A DNA stretch of 64,000 nucleotides from positions 46,007 to 110,006 of the IMG/VR virus record IMGVR_UViG_3300028886_000029, one strand, 5' to 3'. The stretch comes from a virus. Lineage: Duplodnaviria > Heunggongvirae > Uroviricota > Caudoviricetes. Under the pieces are notes generated by a model. That model saw only the letters and a list, made by a program, of their open reading frames with translations. It was not told where the DNA came from and ran no database searches. A program made the translations under genes and the position numbers. Of this stretch, positions 1 to 8,190 are shown one piece after another; position 1 is the first letter of the stretch, and each line of letters opens with the position of its first letter.

Positions 1-889
1 CTGACCATTTATACCACCTGTTAAAATAGTATTTAACTACTTGCTGATAGTTAGTAAAGTTTTTGTTTGCCACACTATTAGTATATTTAATAATTAAGTG
101 TTGATAATCTTCACGTTCAACATTGTTAACAATATAAGATATTTCGTCCTCTAAAAACTTGTATGTTTTTTGGTATGATGAAGTTTCTTTTATTGCTTTA
201 AATGCTGTTTTAGCATCTTGTATTTTTGTTGCAACAAATTTTAACTCTGTTCTTAATTGCCCTAAATATGCATTTAATTCTTTTTGTGACAACCTGTACA
301 TTATGTCACCAATTACTCTTTCAATACTGTGATTTCCACGCATGGCATCCGTGAATCTTTTAGTACCACTTTTTTCAATATCATCCACTGATTGTGGGAA
401 ACCATTTTTTTGAAAATACATATAATAGTCATACGCATGTGTCAGTTCATGCGATAACGCTATAGACAATTTGTTCACAACAGTTTGTATTGATTCCCCT
501 TCTATATGTAAAACTATATATGGTCTAAAAACAAAACCATCACCATTTTTGTTTATAATAAAAGACTTAATGGGATACATACCGCCATGATATGTAACTT
601 CGTTGTTTTTCTCAATACTTATTTTCAAATAAAATTGGTTAAAAAAGCAATCTTTTGGCAATGGTATTTCTTTTTCTGTGTATTCAGAAGTCACAACATT
701 TGAAAAGTAATTTTCATCATTGAACGCCGAATAAATTTGCATACCAATATTAGACACAAATGTTTTCACTATATTATCAATATTAGGTACAATACCTCTT
801 GTTTCAGACAAGATTTTCTTGCTTACATTTCCGTAAGTAAACTCATGTATTAAGTGAAACAATAAAAGTTTATCGTAAAAATTAGTCAT
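1..889 (-). CDS. Partial CDS (3' end off-window) with an HExxH motif; putative zinc metallopeptidase-like protein
   Basis: Open frame from ATG at 889 running off position 1 (begins MTNFYDKLLLFHLIHEF...). Contains ...ALSHELTHAYDYY... (HELTH). Start overlaps the stop of the upstream gene (ATGACTAA arrangement). Confidence 0.5.
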   Translation of the reverse strand, partial: MTNFYDKLLLFHLIHEFTYGNVSKKILSETRGIVPNIDNIVKTFVSNIGMQIYSAFNDENYFSNVVTSEYTEKEIPLPKDCFFNQFYLKISIEKNNEVTYHGGMYPIKSFIINKNGDGFVFRPYIVLHIEGESIQTVVNKLSIALSHELTHAYDYYMYFQKNGFPQSVDDIEKSGTKRFTDAMRGNHSIERVIGDIMYRLSQKELNAYLGQLRTELKFVATKIQDAKTAFKAIKETSSYQKTYKFLEDEISYIVNNVEREDYQHLIIKYTNSVANKNFTNYQQVVKYYFNRWYKWS

Positions 890-1592
890 TACAACCTCCT
901 TTTTCTTCTTCTTTTTTGTCAAACCTCACAGTTTTAATACCATAAAAAGGTATGTCATAATAAAATTTATCGGCACTTTCTTTGGCCTTTTCAGGAATAC
1001 ATTTCTCACAATAAGGTAATATATAACCGGATGTTATATAATCAGCAGGTCTACCACAATTCACACAAGTATGTTCTGAGATATACCCATATTTTTCCAC
1101 TATTTTATTAACATCTTTAGGCGCACCTTGGTCATACCACCTTAAAGAACCATATTTCTCTTTAATCTGCATTATCCTATATCTATGTAACGCTTTTCTT
1201 CCACCTGCGTCCAACAAGGCTCTCTTAATCTCTTTACACATCTGTATTCCAAATGCCTTTCTCCAACCACCATCCATACCATTTAACTCAGTATATGTTG
1301 GAACACAATGGAAAATCTGTAACACCCAATCATTTAGAAAATCAGCGACCTTTATCTTAAATGCCCACCATTTGTCAATACAAATCGCTTTAAAACCCTC
1401 ATCTTTACCGCCAAATCTGTATGCCTTTTGATAATTATCTCTATGATAGTCAACTAAAGCCCAACAATCGTAATGGTTACCCGTAAATCTGTTTCTTGGA
1501 TATAGAAACGGAAATCTAATACATAAATAACTTGACTTAGTTGCCCTGTAAGGCCAAGTCAAAAACCTTTTTAATTTGTAATTCATTTTCAA
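882..1592 (-). CDS. Hypothetical protein with C-terminal CxxC...CxxC zinc ribbon
   Basis: 236-aa ORF. Contains CVNCGRP...CEKC. Translationally coupled to the downstream gene. Confidence 0.5.
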   Translation of the reverse strand: MKMNYKLKRFLTWPYRATKSSYLCIRFPFLYPRNRFTGNHYDCWALVDYHRDNYQKAYRFGGKDEGFKAICIDKWWAFKIKVADFLNDWVLQIFHCVPTYTELNGMDGGWRKAFGIQMCKEIKRALLDAGGRKALHRYRIMQIKEKYGSLRWYDQGAPKDVNKIVEKYGYISEHTCVNCGRPADYITSGYILPYCEKCIPEKAKESADKFYYDIPFYGIKTVRFDKKEEEKGGCND

Positions 1593-1602
1593 AATCTTTT
1601 TA

Positions 1603-1610
1603 CAAAAATA
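1603..1610 (-). promoter_or_regulatory. Bacteroides-type -7 element (TAnnTTTG) upstream of 882..1592
   Basis: Minus strand reads TATTTTTGTAAAAAG about 10-20 nt upstream of the ATG. The same motif recurs before many genes in this window. Confidence 0.35.
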
Positions 1611-1836
1611 CTAATTATATTTCCTAAAAACAAAAATTTTATAATGAAATTTCTGTTAATAAGTAACTTATAGGTCCTGGTAATTAATTTTATTAAATAA
1701 AAAATTTCTTTTAAAAAATATATAAATTGTTAATAATAAATTACTTATATTAATTACTAGTTATTTGTTTTTTGTATATTTTTTCGTTTTGGTTTTGTTT
1801 TTTATTTTTTTTATGTGTATGTTTGCAAAAAAAAAG

Positions 1837-2550
1837 ATGAAAAATCAGTATTTAATACCATATAATAGGTATGGTGATGTGAACATTTTAAAAAAAGTTA
1901 AAAAAAACCAATACGAATTAGTTTTAGGTAACACGGAGATGCCTTACAGGTTAATCGGTTCTTATGATAACCCAACTGCGATTGACCCATCAGGTGGACC
2001 TTTTTTATCTGTTGGGTTTAAATGTAATGATTTTTACATTATAAATATAAAAAGAGAAAACAAAAAACTATTGTTTGAACTGGGTGAACCGGTAAAAAAC
2101 ACGGTTAATGATATAACTCATTGTATTGATTCAATACGTTTTTGTGAGAACGAGATAAAAAAACAACAAGATTTGAAGGAAAGATTCAAAGAAACATTAT
2201 CTGAAATTCTCAAAAACGAAAAAGAGTTTGTCTCAATGCTCAGAAATGAAATTTATGATACTCTGACCGACAAGGAAAAAGACCTTATTAAAGAAGATGA
2301 AAAAAGAAAAAGTTCATCCGATTTTAATACTGCGACATATTACAACAATTTTATCAATCCATTTATTGATGATTTCAACATTGTCTCTTATGAATATAAT
2401 GATGACAAAACCCAAATAAGGTTTATTTTGGACTTTCCGCATGAACATCATTATTTAGGTATTACAGGTTGTAGTATTGTAAATTACAGAAAAACAAACT
2501 ATATTGATGTGACCAAAATAAATAATATTTTAAAATATATAAAGCCGTGA
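1837..2550 (+). CDS. Hypothetical protein (ORF 1765..2550; the internal ATG at 1837, MKNQYL..., is the more likely start)
   Basis: The first 24 codons of the long ORF are poly-Phe/Leu translated from a T-rich promoter region, so the start was moved to the first plausible N-terminus. Confidence 0.45.
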   Translation: MKNQYLIPYNRYGDVNILKKVKKNQYELVLGNTEMPYRLIGSYDNPTAIDPSGGPFLSVGFKCNDFYIINIKRENKKLLFELGEPVKNTVNDITHCIDSIRFCENEIKKQQDLKERFKETLSEILKNEKEFVSMLRNEIYDTLTDKEKDLIKEDEKRKSSSDFNTATYYNNFINPFIDDFNIVSYEYNDDKTQIRFILDFPHEHHYLGITGCSIVNYRKTNYIDVTKINNILKYIKP

Positions 2551-3092
2551 AAAAGATTCTAATAGTCATTGACCCACAAGTTGACTTCATAAACGGGTCA
2601 TTAGCCAATGAAGAAGCTGACAAGAAAGTCCCAAACATAGTCAAAAAAATAACTGACTTTGATGGTGATTATATTTTTGTAACAAGAGACACACATGATG
2701 AGGATTATCTTGACACAATTGAAGGTAAGCATTTACCTATTGAACACTGTATATTCAAAACAAACGGTTGGTTTATTGATAAACGAATAACAGAGGCATT
2801 GCACAAACATGAGTTATCTGAATCAGGTGTGATAATTCACTATGTGAATAAACCTACATTCGGTTCAACTGAATTAATGGAAAAAATAAGAAATATCCAA
2901 GGTAATTTGGACATTGAGATTGTTGGTTTTGTTAGCAGTATCTGTGTTGTTACCAACGCTTTGTTACTTAAAACAGCGTTATTTGACAGGGCTGAAATTT
3001 CAGTTGATTCAAATTGTATCGCAGGTTTAAGTAAAGAAAATAATGACGCTGCGATTGAGGTCATGAAATCATGTCATATTAAAATTTCTTAA
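2547..3092 (+). CDS. Isochorismatase-family cysteine hydrolase, nicotinamidase (PncA)-like
   Basis: ILIVIDPQVDF N-terminus with Asp, a Lys near aa 100 and Cys in VGFVSSICVVTNA (D-K-C triad spacing as in PncA). DTHDED...H...H resembles the PncA metal site. GTG start overlaps the upstream stop (GTGA). Confidence 0.6.
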   Translation: MKKILIVIDPQVDFINGSLANEEADKKVPNIVKKITDFDGDYIFVTRDTHDEDYLDTIEGKHLPIEHCIFKTNGWFIDKRITEALHKHELSESGVIIHYVNKPTFGSTELMEKIRNIQGNLDIEIVGFVSSICVVTNALLLKTALFDRAEISVDSNCIAGLSKENNDAAIEVMKSCHIKIS

Positions 3093-3137
3093 AAAATATT
3101 TGACTTTTTAAAATAAAAATATTAGATTTGCAAAACC

Positions 3138-3551
3138 ATGGAAGTAAAGTTTGATTTAAATGAAGAAAAATTCGCCGCACTATTAAATGATGAGATTAGT
3201 AAAATAACATCAGAAGACATACGCCAAATAATACTTGACGCAATGAAACAATATCTGATAGATGAGAACAACATAAAAAATTTATTAGTTACTTGTGACA
3301 GTTGGGGTAACAAAAAACCCTCTTATCTATTAGAAAGCACAATAAACAAAATAGATTTTAAGGAAGAATTTAATGAAGTGACGAATACCATTAAAGAATA
3401 TCTAAAGAAAGATGAAAATATTGAAAAACTAATGAAAAGTCTTTTTATGGACATATTACTTAATGGTATGAATAATATTATATGGGGTTCTTCTTTTAGA
3501 GATTCAATAAAGGATGAAATTAAAAATGAGTTATTTAATAAAAGATACTAA
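3138..3551 (+). CDS. Hypothetical protein
   Basis: 137-aa ORF in a co-directional gene string. Confidence 0.45.
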   Translation: MEVKFDLNEEKFAALLNDEISKITSEDIRQIILDAMKQYLIDENNIKNLLVTCDSWGNKKPSYLLESTINKIDFKEEFNEVTNTIKEYLKKDENIEKLMKSLFMDILLNGMNNIIWGSSFRDSIKDEIKNELFNKRY

Positions 3552-3579
3552 ATAAAAATCAAAAAAAAGAAAAGAAAAA

Positions 3580-4668
3580 ATGAAGAAAATTATTAGTTTA
3601 ATTATCGCATTTACCATAGGGATTATGGGATTTGCACAGAATCAGAATTATGAGTATGTAGGCTCATTTGGAATGCCTTATTTTAGCGTTAATTTTGGTG
3701 GAGCGTCACCTTTGAGTGCTGACAGTTTCGGTGATTTTATTGACGCTTTCAGACCAACCGCATCAGTTGAGATTGGTACTTGGGTTACCCCTGTTTACGG
3801 TTTCAGCGTTGTTGGTAGAGGCTTCTTTAACACCACAGGTTCATACACTTTCTTTGATGAGAGTAATGTTATCGCCAACGCAAAGGTTAATATGTCCAAT
3901 TTCTTTGGCGGTTATAAGGGCGCACCAAGAAGGGTAGAGGTTGTTGCTGTTCCTGGTTTTGGTTGGGGACATGGTTATGGCAAGCCTGTCACACATCACA
4001 ATACCTTGAACTATAACCTTGGTGGTGAACTTAATGTTAATCTTGGAAAGGCAAGGGCTGCACAGATTAATTTCAAGCCTACCGTTACTTGGTTGACTTA
4101 CGACAATTTCTATAATCTTAACAGAACAAGGGCTATCTTTGTTTGTGAGGTTGGTTTTACTTACAAGTTTAAGAACCATAGGGTCAATTCCCATAATTTT
4201 GTGACCAACGACTATAGGTACAGTCAGGCCGATTATGACGCTCTTCAGGCTAAGCTTAATGAGGCTTTGAATAAGGAGCCTGTTGTTAAGGAAGTTGTGA
4301 CTGAGAGGGTTGTTGAGAAGCAGGTAGAGACCCCTATCCCCACATTTGTTGGTAAGACTTTCATTACTTTTGACTTGAACAGTGATGTGCTTTCACCTAC
4401 CGAACATGCTAAGATTGTTGAGTTCTCAAAGCAGATTAAGGACAATATGGTTGTCCATATCGTTGGCTCAGCAGACAGTGGAACAGGTACTGAGAGCAGA
4501 AACACCACACTTGCTGAGAACAGGGCTAAGGCAGTTAAGGATGTGCTTATTTATGAACTTAATGTCCCTGCGAGTACTTTTAGACTTTCAACAAGTTTTG
4601 ATGCAGGTAACAGTGTTCAGACATCAAGAGCCGCTGTTCTTACTATCGAAGAGTTTGATGTTGATTAA
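3580..4668 (+). CDS. OmpA-family outer-membrane protein (signal peptide, beta-barrel-like N-domain, C-terminal OmpA peptidoglycan-binding domain)
   Basis: N-terminal MKKIISLIIAFTIGIMGFAQ signal peptide. C-terminus TFDLNSDVLSPTEHAKIVEFS...VGSADSGTGTESRNTTLAENRAKAVKDVL matches the OmpA_C pattern (NxxLSxxRAxxV). Flanked by a terminator; looks like a host-like moron. Confidence 0.65.
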   Translation: MKKIISLIIAFTIGIMGFAQNQNYEYVGSFGMPYFSVNFGGASPLSADSFGDFIDAFRPTASVEIGTWVTPVYGFSVVGRGFFNTTGSYTFFDESNVIANAKVNMSNFFGGYKGAPRRVEVVAVPGFGWGHGYGKPVTHHNTLNYNLGGELNVNLGKARAAQINFKPTVTWLTYDNFYNLNRTRAIFVCEVGFTYKFKNHRVNSHNFVTNDYRYSQADYDALQAKLNEALNKEPVVKEVVTERVVEKQVETPIPTFVGKTFITFDLNSDVLSPTEHAKIVEFSKQIKDNMVVHIVGSADSGTGTESRNTTLAENRAKAVKDVLIYELNVPASTFRLSTSFDAGNSVQTSRAAVLTIEEFDVD

Positions 4669-4690
4669 AATATGCTATGTTAATAAAAAA

Positions 4691-4719
4691 AGCCACTGAA
4701 TATTCAGTGGCTTTTTTTA
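4691..4719. terminator. Bidirectional rho-independent terminator between convergent genes
   Basis: Perfect palindrome AGCCACTGAATATTCAGTGGCT flanked by A-run/T-run (AAAAAAA...TTTTTTT). Confidence 0.65.
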
Positions 4720-5433
4720 TACTCTCATAAACTCATCTAATCGAACTGTCCCATTCTCAGTCTCAACATATGCGACACCGTTTTCATCAAACTGAATCTC
4801 CATCCAATCAGTAGGTGTTCCTGGTGTACCGTGATTGTCTCTAAGTCTTGCGGCATCACCGTTTTTGTTTATCTGTATTTCAGTACCTCCCCAATTGGAA
4901 TCAGTTTTGTACCCCTGAGGTGTGAATGTATCGTCTTCGTCATCAAAATCCCATTGTTCTTTAAGAACTCTTTTTATTGATTCAGCAATTAAACTATGTA
5001 ACTGGTTTTCATTGATTCTAACCACATTCTTGTTTTCTTGTAAAGGTAAAGAGACAACTGATGCGCCAAAGTCATCACCAAGATTTTCTTCCATATATTG
5101 CTGTGCTTGTTCAGGTGTTCTGAACTTTATGGCATCCTCAGGAAATGATGTAAATGTCGGTCCCCATCCACCTTTTTTGATGAATTGTCCTTTATAACCA
5201 ATTCCATAGCTTTCATTAACTTTATTTTTACCCATATTCCTTTCCTCATTTTTCTTGGTTTTAACCTTGTTTGGTAAACCTTTATGTTTTGTTTCCGCAA
5301 AATCTTCCGCGTCTTTTTTGGATATTGATTTCGCAATTGACTTTATCTCTGACGATGGATTTTTCAACTCACCTTTTTGATAAGCATGTACCATTCCGAA
5401 CAACCTTTGTTGTGATTTGCTTTTCGCTGGCAT
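4717..5433 (-). CDS. Hypothetical protein (N-terminus MPAKSKSQQRLFG...); carries an internal copy of the shared SIKRVLKE-type motif
   Basis: 238-aa ORF. Internal ...NENQLHSLIAESIKRVLKEQWDFDDEDD... Confidence 0.5.
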   Translation of the reverse strand: MPAKSKSQQRLFGMVHAYQKGELKNPSSEIKSIAKSISKKDAEDFAETKHKGLPNKVKTKKNEERNMGKNKVNESYGIGYKGQFIKKGGWGPTFTSFPEDAIKFRTPEQAQQYMEENLGDDFGASVVSLPLQENKNVVRINENQLHSLIAESIKRVLKEQWDFDDEDDTFTPQGYKTDSNWGGTEIQINKNGDAARLRDNHGTPGTPTDWMEIQFDENGVAYVETENGTVRLDEFMRV

Positions 5434-5440
5434 GATATTA

Positions 5441-5893
5441 CTATTTTAATTGACTCTTATATAACAATTGATTTGATTTCTCAATAATCTCATCCAAAAC
5501 AGCACATATACTGTCATATTCCTTGTTATCTGAAATATTGTCTTTAATTGTGCTTGCCTTATTGATTAATTCCTCCATTAATGTTTTGTAATCTGATGAA
5601 GGTTTCACATCACTAATAGTTAATTCAATATTAGTGTTACTGACAAAGGCTTCAGCTAATGTGTCTTCCCATTCAATGACATCATCAATGGTCTCATCAG
5701 TTACCATATGTGTGGAATACTCATTGGTATTCCAATGAATTTCCCTTAAAGGTTTTTGCATATTGTGTAAATATGATATTAGTTCAATAATATCATTATC
5801 TATGTTTTCACTTCTTTCTTCTCTCAATATCTTTACTATTGATTCAGATATTATCGAATACAATTGTTTCTCACTAATTTTAACTGACTCCAT
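5441..5893 (-). CDS. Hypothetical protein with shared N-terminal motif (EKQLYSIISESIVKILREE)
   Basis: 150-aa ORF. Member of the N-terminal motif family described in findings. Confidence 0.5.
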   Translation of the reverse strand: MESVKISEKQLYSIISESIVKILREERSENIDNDIIELISYLHNMQKPLREIHWNTNEYSTHMVTDETIDDVIEWEDTLAEAFVSNTNIELTISDVKPSSDYKTLMEELINKASTIKDNISDNKEYDSICAVLDEIIEKSNQLLYKSQLK

Positions 5894-6037
5894 AATAATA
5901 AAAACTTTTTTGTTATATTATAAATAGTTAAATAAAAGAAAAAACACCACTAAATGTTAGTATTTTATAGTCATACTTAGTCAGATTAAGTGTTACCTTA
6001 AAAAAAATATTCTCATTCTAATTTTTTGGTTTTGTAA

Positions 6038-6180
6038 ATCCTATCTTTTGGTAACAATTCACTCAAAATACTATAATCTTCTATTGTGTACCAACCGTTT
6101 CTTCCTTTAACATGTATTTGCGCTATCACATCCCTACCCTTATCAGACATAAGAAATTCACAATCTTTCTTATTGTTGTT
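6038..6180 (-). pseudogene. Remnant 3' fragment of an N-acetylmuramoyl-L-alanine amidase gene (paralog of 12767..13567)
   Basis: About 85% nt identity to 12806-12870. Translates ...NNKKDCEFLMSDKGRDVIAQIHV... against amidase ...DNKKDCEFLMSDEGRDVIAQIHV.... No in-frame start; a different C-terminal tail follows. Confidence 0.5.
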
Positions 6181-6247
6181 CTGTTAGTTTAATTTGTGTC
6201 ATAAAAATCTATATTTAACAATTTAGTTTTATTATAAATAGTGTCAA

Positions 6248-8190
6248 TTATTTAAAAGTGAATGTGTCATTAATTGAACCACCTTCAACTCTAACCACAT
6301 CACCTGCACTGAAAGTTCTTGCAGTAAATGTTGCAATATTGTCAGTTACGGAAACAGTCTCAACAAAAGTATCATTTACATAAAGTGATAAACTATTATT
6401 ATAGTTAGTATAACATTTAATAACCCTATCTGTCATCTTGGTATAGTCTTTACCACAAATATGTACAAATATATCTGTTGTGTTCCACCATGCCTTGTAA
6501 AGATAGAAAACATCCTTCTTTGTACGATGGTCTCTTTCAACAAGACCCTTGTCATTTAATCTCCTTAAATTATCATTTGTAGATGTAATAACACCGTCAA
6601 GACATACAGTATAACCTTCATTTCTGTTAGACACTGCGATATCAAATAATTGCCATTGTGAAGTGAATAATAGTTGAGGATAGTTCTTAATTGCCGCTAT
6701 ATGACCTTCATGTAACCACATCATATACTCAATATCATGCCTTTCACGATTACCCCTTGTTGTTGTTGTCATATAATCGTCAGAGTGACAATGTTGCGTA
6801 CCGCCACAACCATACTCTGAATAAGCAAGAGCCTTACTCTTATTGGTTATAACGTTCTTAACACGAGTGTTTATCTGAGTTGATGGATTATTTGAATTGG
6901 GGCTACTATACCAACCTTCGTAAATGTTACAACCGAACCAATCAGCATCTGGATTATTATAATATGCACTTGGGTCAGAACCAGGACCTTGAGCCATAAC
7001 ATAACCTACCATACGCTCTGAATCTAAGGCTTTAATTTGTGCAATATAACCATTTATCTTTTCTTTTGCAAAAGCCTTATCATCAGTTGTGGTTTCGTTA
7101 CTTAATCCCCAGAAGCAAATACATGGGTGATTATAATGCTGATTTACCATGTCATTATATTGTCCAATAAGGTGTGTATAATAATCAGCTGGCATTGTTG
7201 ACTGCATTTTATTAACACAAGGTCCTTCTGTCTGTACAATAATACCTAATCTATCACACCAATCATAGGTTTCCTTTGGATGTGGATAGTGTGCAAGGCG
7301 TAGGAAATTAGCACCAAGTTCTTGAATAATGCTGAATGTCTGTGTATAATCATCATCATCCAATGCGTTAGCCTTTCCATCAATATCATCATGCATACAG
7401 CAACCCCTTAACAAATATGGTTGCCCATTAAGTAAGAAGCCTGTATATGTGTCTCCATTGACAGTTTCATTGATTACATAACTATAGAATCTCAAACCAT
7501 AAGGTCTTTGATATGTGTGATACAAATCACCATTATGATAAACATTAAGTGTTATGTTATATAAGTGAGGGTCAGTTGTACCATTCCATAGATGAGGATT
7601 GGTAACAGTTGCACTAAATATCATTTCTTCACCTGTACTACTACCTGACGCACCATAATGATATGTACCATCACTTATCTCACAAGTTACGGTTGCACCT
7701 GTAGGAACACTTGTTTTAACTTCAATGGTTGCGGAAGATAACGCCACATCCGAAGTGACATGGAATCCGTCATATCCATAAATCATATCAGGTACTACAG
7801 GACTTGTATAAAGTTTAACATTACCAAGTGTGGCGTTGAAGTTAAAGTCAGCAATCGCAGGAGCAAGGTTGTTTCCCTCATTATTTTTAAGAGCAACCTT
7901 TACTCTGTTTGTTCCGCTATGAACAAACTCTGATATGTCAACTGAAAACGCAGCATAACCACCCCAGTGTTTTTCCACTAAAACATCATCCACATATATT
8001 GTGGCAGATTGGTCTGCATGTTGGAACCATAAATATGTTGGCTGTACCTCACGCAAAGCGAAACTTGTCTCAAAATTGAATGTTCCCTTTGCATAACTTG
8101 CACTATGGCCATCTATTCTATTAACAGAATATGGTGTTGTTATTTCCTGATTGCTGTAAGTCCATTTGGTTAAATCCCTGTTACATGCTT
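6248..8190 (-). other. GH2 (beta-galactosidase/glucuronidase-like) sugar-binding, Ig-like and TIM-barrel region of the giant fibre protein
   Basis: Motifs N.R.xHYP, WxLxNE and EYG in LacZ order and spacing; FSVDISEFVHSGTNRVKVALKN resembles the GH2 N-terminal sugar-binding domain. Confidence 0.7.

Noticed and set aside
1765-1836. Hydrophobic N-terminal extensions (MFFVYFFVLVLFFIFF..., MRMMIFLIVKIFIIIITS..., MFIFVFYCIFVKRF...) read as signal peptides
   Set aside because: They are translations of T-rich promoter/leader DNA upstream of a better-supported internal ATG, and they would overlap the predicted promoter motifs. Starts were moved downstream.
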